From: an uncultured archaeon
GTDB taxonomy: Archaea; Thermoplasmatota; Penumbrarchaeia; JASLWR01
Assembly: GCA_964342815.1 (NCBI GenBank)
Contig: CAYFHS010000001.1
Location: forward strand, 147,849-211,848
Length of the DNA stretch: 64,000 bases
Direction of reading: 5' to 3'
The notes under the pieces were generated by a model. The model searched no databases, was not told the DNA's origin, and saw only the letters and a program-made list of their open reading frames with translations. Shown one piece after another: positions 22,001-28,669 of the stretch. The position numbers were made by a program, and so were the translations under genes. Each line of letters begins with the position of its first letter. The first letter of the stretch is position 1.

Positions 22001-23418
22001 CTGACGGTGATTGCCTGATTTCCCTTTACCCATGATCCGGATTCGATTTTACCCTGTTCGTCCCCGAAAAAGAATGGTGTGCCTTTAAACTCGAAATCGT
22101 TCTCGACACGACAAATATGAGGGAATCTCTTCATCCGTGATTTGCCGTTGCTGGCTCTTATCTTGACAAAACAGTCAATCTTCTTCTCATGTGGAAAAGT
22201 AAAATTAAATCTGATGGAGAAATTTACAAACCATTTATCATCACCGTTATTTGAAAAAGCACTGTCTTTGACCAGAAGCTGCACATAGCCGTTTTCGTCC
22301 CCCAATTTGAAGAATTTCCTTTGCGTCCAGTTGAATCCCAGGGTGGCATTTGTTGTATTATAATCGAGCCATACCTCCATTTCAGAGGCATCGTCAAGGG
22401 TTTTGGTGGTGGTGATATTCACGCTGAGATTATATGAGCTGTACTCTGCATAACATACTTTTCCGTCGTCTATATCACCTTTCAATGCCGCAGATTCCAC
22501 GTTCGTGATCCTTACCCCCCCAATTTCGGGATAATGATAAACGTTTCCCTGATTCCAGACGAGAAGACTGTTGTCCTCTGCATTGTAAGAGGTATGGGCG
22601 ATGTATCCTCCGGCACCGAGACTGTTTGAGTACGAGCTACGGGAGGAAGTGCTGGTATCGTATTTGTAATTGAAGGTTGCGCTGTTGTATGAATTTCCCC
22701 AGTACAATACACCGCCGACCATGAATGCCCAGCCCACGTTTCCCTTGTTCCTGCCAGTATTCCAGGTTTTTAAAACGTTCAGATTTTCATCCAGTTGGCT
22801 CAATTGCATGGGTTGTGAGGTCGATGTCGCCCAGCAGACGTAGAGACCGGTCTCGTCACTCATAAGATTGATATCAGTGTAGCCGCCCCAATTGAAATGG
22901 GCCCGGTTGTGAAATCCCGCGTTTGGCAGTGCCCTCGATAGTACTTGAGCCATGTCCGTTGTCCTGCATTTTACCAGTGTGTTGCTGTTGTACTGCGCAT
23001 AGTAGAGATGGTTGTTGTAAATTGTGTGATAGGTTCCTTCGGATTGCCGTGGGAGATTAAATTGTCGAACACCGTTATTATTGATGAAGTTGGCCAGCGA
23101 AGTGTATCGATATACCGTTGACTCCCGATAGCTGTTATGATAGAACACATGTCCGTTCGATTCGTCCACATCTATAAAACCATAAGTGCTGAAACCACCC
23201 CTGATCTGCCCGAAATTATTTGATAATTGTCTCATCTCTTCATCGCTGCGTGTTTTTTTCACGCTGTTTTCCGCGGTCATTTCTCTTCTGACATTTATGG
23301 AAGTTTTCAGGGAGGGCTCCTCAATTGCGTCTGTAAGGTAGCTTTGGAAAGCCGTACTTATCATCACAACAAATATTGGGATGATTATTATCTTAGTCAA
23401 TTTCCGATTCTTTTTCAT
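19087..23418 (-). CDS. Array paralog 5: surface protein with olfactomedin-like head
   Basis: Head contains LPNAGFHNRAHFNWGGYTDINLMSDETGLYV...LNVLKTWNT...AFMVGGVLY...YKYDT...SYNAEDNSLLVWNQG, collinear with the OLF consensus; conserved stalk and tail. Confidence 0.88.
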   Translation of the reverse strand: MKKNRKLTKIIIIPIFVVMISTAFQSYLTDAIEEPSLKTSINVRREMTAENSVKKTRSDEEMRQLSNNFGQIRGGFSTYGFIDVDESNGHVFYHNSYRESTVYRYTSLANFINNNGVRQFNLPRQSEGTYHTIYNNHLYYAQYNSNTLVKCRTTDMAQVLSRALPNAGFHNRAHFNWGGYTDINLMSDETGLYVCWATSTSQPMQLSQLDENLNVLKTWNTGRNKGNVGWAFMVGGVLYWGNSYNSATFNYKYDTSTSSRSSYSNSLGAGGYIAHTSYNAEDNSLLVWNQGNVYHYPEIGGVRITNVESAALKGDIDDGKVCYAEYSSYNLSVNITTTKTLDDASEMEVWLDYNTTNATLGFNWTQRKFFKLGDENGYVQLLVKDSAFSNNGDDKWFVNFSIRFNFTFPHEKKIDCFVKIRASNGKSRMKRFPHICRVENDFEFKGTPFFFGDEQGKIESGSWVKGNQAITVSNITVIYAGSPMRYPDDEFFNVRIMDRTGKTWWDNSSSVEGISISINTQKVTDPAEEYLITIENIPGSGICMTNLSFPVKIDAEAPLFPVNLKCRAGGFKDKETENTNQAEMYVTWDEVEDPASGLLGYYYSHLDNSGTTNGTFTNETEVKIDELGEGFAEIYVWSIDNVGNIGEAGNSGILVDLTLPVFSNHTPLDGSWRNHTDIECMVEIYDGTGSGVDVTTIEYSVSNDGVHGFDFWLPAWVPLENEPTVASVKYIFEESEENYIKWRVKDVSGNGFAESPSINIKIDTIPVIFADAISPPKDWYDHHSITTKITVSDTGSGLDPQSFETRISTSGPNDFSTWMQIDRENITKFGDDGYEIAVTFTYPEGKDNYIMFRGTDMVGNPFTSSDKFNLKIDTSPVYFGDFTPDENDFADRKSVECFIQILDDGSGVDPQTVEYSVAKGGGGNESFGPWKKAVNVVEGNPTQVLMELEFEWGSDNFIRWRANDVMGTGYNVSLPYRVWVNSKPDAEISSPEAGSYYRYDGEITFDASDSSDEDGDNLTYYWTSNVSANQLLGVGSVKYAVLAPGKHTITVFVSDGNGYNESAKVKIEVGSKAAYERDSDGDGFSDGLEREKGTDPHNGAVSPEGEPDIVVQEKLGILSEGSSLLFVVLGGLLLLIILILVIFFVVRKRKKDEEPSVQSPPLQSQYGPSQHPYGQGQYMSEAGQQGYGEMAQYQAAVMAMQGLNTPTMMMNSGSGMGASQQFGTAAPGQTPTLQLQPQIPYGQLGTGAAGSTTYSLPQFSTEQGSQNLNRMALPPGPIHAEAQTNINPIQPETISPSVDEQQFPFGQQLISPPAPAATGPSSIIDPTNANTGDLGELDAYLATIGSLKEESDIREPPVPMETPAQAANEITMNRQQTGLLASSSETQESASPSLPPPNSGGNRSGFQQIQCHSCSNNYTAEIVQLPALVTCPVCQTQGMIESM
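19195..19302. repeat. 108-nt in-frame palindromic insertion, copy in paralog 5
   Basis: Stems GCCAACAGAC/GTCTGTTGGC (19277-19298) and CCGCCAC/GTGGCGG; identical to the paralog 6 copy. Confidence 0.75.
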
Positions 23419-23485
23419 ATTTTAACTCCTCGGTTCCGGAAGAGAAATACTTGTCGAGATGATGGGGTGAAAACAATGAAATTCC

Positions 23486-23504
23486 ACTATTAATAGTTAT
23501 CCGG
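23486..23504 (-). promoter_or_regulatory. Putative BRE-TATA promoter of paralog 5
   Basis: Minus strand GGATAACTATTAATAGTG about 68 nt upstream of the ATG. Confidence 0.5.
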
Positions 23505-23510
23505 AATATC

Positions 23511-26500
23511 TCATATGGATTCGATCATTCCCTGGGTTTGGCAGACCGGGCAGGTTACCAGAGCTGGAAGCTGCACTATCTCGGCTGTATAATTGTTTCC
23601 GCAAGAGTGACACTGCATCTGCTGGAATCCACTTCGATTACCGCCACTGTTTGGTGGCGGAAGAGAAGGGGAAGCAGATTCCTGCGTTTCCGAAGATGAA
23701 GCCAACAGACCCGTCTGTTGGCGATTCATGGTTATCTCGCTTGCTGCTTGGGCCGGTGTCTCCATGGGAACGGGAGGTTTGGGGGGCTCTGAGCCCGGTG
23801 ATTCAGTCATACCGCCCAATGCGGCCAAGTATGCATCCAGTTCTGCCAGGTCGCCGATATTATCTGAGGAGGGCCCGGTTGTCTCCATAGCAGGAGATGC
23901 TGCTGTTTCAGCCACCGTATCTGGCGGCGGAGACGGTAACGGTTCAGCTGGAAATGTCGAATCCACTCTCGTTGAAGATATTGGATCTGGCGGCGTTGGT
24001 AAAGGCGTTCCCGGCGATCCTGCATCCGGCAGGATGGGGGGTTGCAGAGGCATGTCAGGAACAGAAGGTGGATAAGCAATCCCCAAATCCGCTGCAACGG
24101 GTGCTGGAGGTGAGGCGGGGCCTGGAGGAAGCGCCATTCTTTGGAGATCCTGCAGTCCCTGATCGGTTTGGAAGGAAGGAAGTAAATAGCCAGGATCCGC
24201 TGGGATACCCGGGCCAATCCCCGGAGGACCCTGCTGGGATGGAAATGCTTGAAATGCGGGACCACCAGGAACAACGTGGGGCCCGGGAGGCAGCATCAAT
24301 TGCGGCGATTGTATCCCCTGCATTCCAAATCCCGCTCGATGGCCAGGGTCGGGACCTGAATATCCCTGCGAGACAGGAGTCTGGTACTGTCCCTGCTGGT
24401 AAGGGTGAGGACTAGGTCCTGGGTACGTCTGCTGCGTGGGACCCGGAGCGGAGGGGGCGGGTACCTTCTTTTCGGATTTTTTCTTTTTCCTTAAAATGAT
24501 GAAAATGATCAGTATCACTAACACGAGAAGGAAGATACAGGCTAGGATTATGAAAAGTAACGAAGATCCACCGCTCAGTATCCCGCCGGGTTCCGTGATC
24601 ACTATGTCGGGTTCGCCTTCCGGGATTACGGCGCCGTTGTGTGGATCGGTTCCGGACTCCCGTTCCAGACCATCCGAGAAACCATCCTCGTCGCTATCCT
24701 TTTCGTATTCGACCCGGCTGATCACCTCGATTTTTACTTTCTCACTCTCGTTGTATCCGTGGCCATCAGAAACGAATAAACTGATTGTATGTTTTCCCGG
24801 GGCTAATCGAACAATGAACTTGGCATCACGTCCGACAGAGCGGTTCAAACTGACATTGCTAGACCAGTAAAAGCTGAGGTTGTCCCCATCCTCGTCGGAG
24901 GACCCCGAAGCATCAAAGGCAATTTCGTCATCGTAACTGAAATATGACCCTTGAGCTGGTGATGTAATAATCGCTTCAGGTTTTGAATTCACCCATACCC
25001 GATAAGGGATCGATATGTTGTGTCCGGTCCCCATCATATCGTCGGCCCGCCAGCGGATGAAATTGGCGGCCCCCCAGTCGAATTCCAGCTCCATAAGAAC
25101 CTGTGTGGGATTGCCTTCTACCACATTTACTCCCTTGTTCCAGGGCCCAAAATTTTCATTGTCACCCCCGTTCGCAATTGAATATTCCACTGAAGAAGGG
25201 TTCACCCCAGAGCCGTCATCGAATATCTGAATGAAACATTCCACCATCTTGTCGTCCGCATAATCGTTCTCTAAAGGCGTGAAAATCCCGAAATATACTG
25301 GCGAGGTGTCGATTTTCAGATTGAATTTATCAGATAATGTTATGGGGTTGCCAACCAGGTCCGTTCCCCTGAACATGATGAAGTTATCCTTTCCCTCCGC
25401 ATACCTGAATGTGACTGTAAGTTCGTGGCTGCCGCCATCGTTTTCACTGATGTTTTCGGCGTCTATTGACATCCACCGGCCGAAATCATTAGGGCCGGAA
25501 ACAGAAATTCTTGTTTCGATGCTGTCCGGCTTCACTCCACTTCCGATATCGCTAACCAATATCGTTGTTGAAATTTCTGCATAATCATACCATTCCATCT
25601 GAGGCGATATCTCCGCTGCGAAATTGATGGGAGTTGTATCAACCTTCAGGTTAACAGATGACGATTCGACAAATCCATTTCCTGTTATATCCTTTGAACG
25701 CCATTTTATATAATTATCTTCGCCCTCATGAAATATATATTTTGTACTTGGCACCATGGGTTCATTATTCTCGGGTATCCACGCAGGTATCCAGTAATCG
25801 AAACCATGCACTCCGTTATCCGACACTGCATACTCGATGGAGCTGCCGTCGACTCCCGATCCCGCCCCATCAAAGATCTCGATGGAGCAATCTATGTCCG
25901 TCTGATTGTGCCATGAACCATCCATGGGGGTATGGTTCGAAAAAACTGGCGGTGAAAGGTCCACAAGTATGCCGGAGCTTGCGGATTCGCCGATATTCCC
26001 GACCATGTCAATGCACCATACGTAGATCGAGGCAAATCCTTCGTGAAGGTTCTTCAATTCCACCTCGGTGACATTCAGAAAGGTACCGTTGATACTTCCC
26101 GAATTATCTGCTTGTGAATAATAATATCCCTTGAGTCCGGATGCGGGATCCTCTACGGCATCCCAGGTTACGAACATACCGGGCTGATTCGTATGCTCGG
26201 TCTCCTTATCCTTGAAATCATCGGCATGACACTTTAGGTTGACGGGATAGAGAGGAGGGTCCGCATCAATTCGTACGGGGAAGGTCAGATTTGTCATGCA
26301 AATGCCGGTTCCGGGTATATTCTCGATGGTGATATAATATTCTTCTTCCAGGTCGCTAACGTTTCTCGAAGTCAGATTTATTTCGACGCTCTCGTTACTG
26401 CTTTCATTGTCCCACCAAGCTTGCCCCGTTTTATCGGTAATCTTGACATCGAAATAGTCGTCCTTGGGGTAGATATCAACGGCTCCCGCATATCGTACCA

Positions 26501-27824
26501 TAAGATTCGCGACGTTAATATTCTCATTACCCCGGATCCAGTCGTTTTTCTCCAATGCTCCCTGAAATTCACCGGTTAGATCTGGAATACCCACCAGCTC
26601 CATGTCATTCTCAACCTTGAACAGATTGGGGAAGCGGTCGGTTCTTACAATTCCCGTGATAGCAGCGGTGCTAATGAAACAGTCCACCTGGTCTTCGTGG
26701 GGAAAGGTGAAATTGAAAATTACGGAGAAATTGAGCCACCACCTTTCGACACTGTCGGTGGTAACAGTGGAATCGTCAACAAGAAATTGAACGTGTCCGT
26801 CAGTGTCCTGATATTTGTAGAAACGTTTCTGCGTCCAGTTATAGCAAAGAGTAGCATTTGTAGTGTTATAATCAAGGAAAACCTTTACCTCGGAGACCTC
26901 GGTTAGTTCCTTCGCGGATGTGATATTAACACTGAGAGTGTACGGGCGGTGCCGGGCATAGCATATCTTGTTCTCGTCACCATGTCCTAAAATGGCGGCG
27001 TTATCGGCATATGCCGTAAGATCCACTTCCAGCCAACATGCCACAGGCATCCCACCCTGGTTTTGGCCCACAGTGAGAAGAATATCGGAGCCCTGCGGAA
27101 TGGTAGTTATCTCTCCGTGGGACGCGGAACTGCCTGAGAACGAGGGACGGTTCATGTTTCTCACCATGGGGTGATTGACCGCCACCACGAAATTATGGCT
27201 GTTACCATTTCCATTGGTCCTTACACCGAAAGGGCCGGGAACGCCCCTGGACCAACGGCGTTGATAATTCGTACCGAACATGTCGATCAGTATTCCCCCG
27301 TTATTCACATAGTCCTCCATGGTTGAAACCATGGACTCCATCTTGTTCATATGCTGGTTCGGCTGGTATTCGGATATTATGATCATACGAAAAACATTCG
27401 GGTCAAAATCATTCACATTGACCGCACCGGCACTTTTCTGTGTAAATTGTATCCCCCTGGTGTTCATCTCCCGGCGCCAGCCGTCAGACCAACCCTGATG
27501 ATCCCATATTATGAGTATGGGCCCCGAATCCGCATGGGTTGGCCAGAGCCAATCGAATGTATTCATGATGAAGAAACGGGAATGTTGGCCGTTCCCGTAA
27601 CCGTAACTTGCTATGGTCCCAGTGACAAAATAAATTCCCTTATCACCGGCGCTCCTTTTATTTGATGTTATGGCCAATTGCCTCGAAGGGTTCTTTGGCT
27701 TCACCTCTATTTCCTGGTTTTCTTGGAGGGCCATGTAGGAGCACAAGGACAAATATCCGGTTCCCATGATACAGAAAACAACAGCAATCGACACCACCAC
27801 GGGCATTATATTCGATCTTCCCAT
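23511..27824 (-). CDS. Array paralog 6: surface protein with apparently circularly permuted GATase-like head
   Basis: Head begins GDKGIYFVTG...FFIMNTFDWL, then ILIIW...FRMIII...MEDYVNNGGILI, and ends GGMPVACWLEV; conserved stalk and tail. Confidence 0.85.
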   Translation of the reverse strand: MGRSNIMPVVVSIAVVFCIMGTGYLSLCSYMALQENQEIEVKPKNPSRQLAITSNKRSAGDKGIYFVTGTIASYGYGNGQHSRFFIMNTFDWLWPTHADSGPILIIWDHQGWSDGWRREMNTRGIQFTQKSAGAVNVNDFDPNVFRMIIISEYQPNQHMNKMESMVSTMEDYVNNGGILIDMFGTNYQRRWSRGVPGPFGVRTNGNGNSHNFVVAVNHPMVRNMNRPSFSGSSASHGEITTIPQGSDILLTVGQNQGGMPVACWLEVDLTAYADNAAILGHGDENKICYARHRPYTLSVNITSAKELTEVSEVKVFLDYNTTNATLCYNWTQKRFYKYQDTDGHVQFLVDDSTVTTDSVERWWLNFSVIFNFTFPHEDQVDCFISTAAITGIVRTDRFPNLFKVENDMELVGIPDLTGEFQGALEKNDWIRGNENINVANLMVRYAGAVDIYPKDDYFDVKITDKTGQAWWDNESSNESVEINLTSRNVSDLEEEYYITIENIPGTGICMTNLTFPVRIDADPPLYPVNLKCHADDFKDKETEHTNQPGMFVTWDAVEDPASGLKGYYYSQADNSGSINGTFLNVTEVELKNLHEGFASIYVWCIDMVGNIGESASSGILVDLSPPVFSNHTPMDGSWHNQTDIDCSIEIFDGAGSGVDGSSIEYAVSDNGVHGFDYWIPAWIPENNEPMVPSTKYIFHEGEDNYIKWRSKDITGNGFVESSSVNLKVDTTPINFAAEISPQMEWYDYAEISTTILVSDIGSGVKPDSIETRISVSGPNDFGRWMSIDAENISENDGGSHELTVTFRYAEGKDNFIMFRGTDLVGNPITLSDKFNLKIDTSPVYFGIFTPLENDYADDKMVECFIQIFDDGSGVNPSSVEYSIANGGDNENFGPWNKGVNVVEGNPTQVLMELEFDWGAANFIRWRADDMMGTGHNISIPYRVWVNSKPEAIITSPAQGSYFSYDDEIAFDASGSSDEDGDNLSFYWSSNVSLNRSVGRDAKFIVRLAPGKHTISLFVSDGHGYNESEKVKIEVISRVEYEKDSDEDGFSDGLERESGTDPHNGAVIPEGEPDIVITEPGGILSGGSSLLFIILACIFLLVLVILIIFIILRKKKKSEKKVPAPSAPGPTQQTYPGPSPHPYQQGQYQTPVSQGYSGPDPGHRAGFGMQGIQSPQLMLPPGPHVVPGGPAFQAFPSQQGPPGIGPGIPADPGYLLPSFQTDQGLQDLQRMALPPGPASPPAPVAADLGIAYPPSVPDMPLQPPILPDAGSPGTPLPTPPDPISSTRVDSTFPAEPLPSPPPDTVAETAASPAMETTGPSSDNIGDLAELDAYLAALGGMTESPGSEPPKPPVPMETPAQAASEITMNRQQTGLLASSSETQESASPSLPPPNSGGNRSGFQQMQCHSCGNNYTAEIVQLPALVTCPVCQTQGMIESI
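23619..23726. repeat. 108-nt in-frame palindromic insertion, copy in paralog 6
   Basis: Flanked by ATG...ATG; stem GCCAACAGAC/GTCTGTTGGC at 23701-23722. Confidence 0.75.
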
Positions 27825-27891
27825 ACTTGCATCTCCTTTTTATCATAATGCCCGTTTGGAGTGAAAAAATTCGGAAAATCATAGATTTGTA

Positions 27892-27910
27892 ACTATATAT
27901 AACTTGTCCA
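27892..27910 (-). promoter_or_regulatory. Putative BRE-TATA promoter of paralog 6
   Basis: Minus strand GGACAAGTTATATATAGT about 68 nt upstream of the ATG. Confidence 0.45.
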
Positions 27911-28018
27911 AATTATGATTAAATATCATTGAGAGAAACTGAATCGGTTCATTTCATCTTGTATTAATTTGACAGAAATTCCGAAACTGTAATATTCTAA
28001 TTCAAAGATGTAAGTGGC

Positions 28019-28474
28019 ATGTCAGCAGCACCATATGATGTGTCCCCCCTTACCATGATACATGAAGTATTCCCCGGTGACACAAACGACTACGGAACAA
28101 TGTTTGGCGGCAATGTTATAGCTTTAATGGACAAAGCGGCAGGTATCTGTGCTTCCAAGTTCGCTCACGAGAACTTCGTCACTGCAAGTGTGGACAGATT
28201 GAAGTTTCTGGCTCCAATAAAACAGGGTCATGTTGTGGAAGCAACAGCAAGAATCGTATATACATCGAAACATACTGCCGGTCTTGAGGTAATCGTAACT
28301 TCCAGGGACCGGAAGAATTGGGTGGCCCAGCACTGCTGTACAGCCTATTTCTTCATGGTGGCCATCGGAATGGATGGCAAGATTAAGGAAATTCCCCAGT
28401 TTGTTCCTTCCACCGAAGATGAGCGGGAGCGATTCGAGGAAGTTGGATCGATACACAAACGTATTCGGAAATAA
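28019..28474 (+). CDS. Acyl-CoA thioesterase (HotDog fold, YciA-like)
   Basis: VFPGDTNDYGTMFGGNVIALMDKAA signature; VTASVDRLKFLAPI; FFMVAI. Confidence 0.9.
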   Translation: MSAAPYDVSPLTMIHEVFPGDTNDYGTMFGGNVIALMDKAAGICASKFAHENFVTASVDRLKFLAPIKQGHVVEATARIVYTSKHTAGLEVIVTSRDRKNWVAQHCCTAYFFMVAIGMDGKIKEIPQFVPSTEDERERFEEVGSIHKRIRK

Positions 28475-28669
28475 GATATTTTTCACTCACAAGAATCATT
28501 GACCCATCATTTCAAATATTGCTCTTTTTTGTATCCCATAATTAAAATCTTCACCTTAAATTTATTAAATATAATGTCTATATATGATAGAAGGACGGAA
28601 GTAGTGACGAAACTCTTGGATATACTCCTCCCACGAAATAAGATAAATAATTATAGGTGGTAAATTCTC

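Noticed and set aside
19118-23738. DGR template/variable repeat pair
   Set aside because: No reverse transcriptase in the window. The four mismatches are not adenines of one single copy, and both copies are coding tails of paralogs.
3860-26965. Site-specific recombination site at the head-stalk junctions
   Set aside because: DNA around the CYA codons differs among paralogs; conservation is at protein level only, and no recombinase is nearby.
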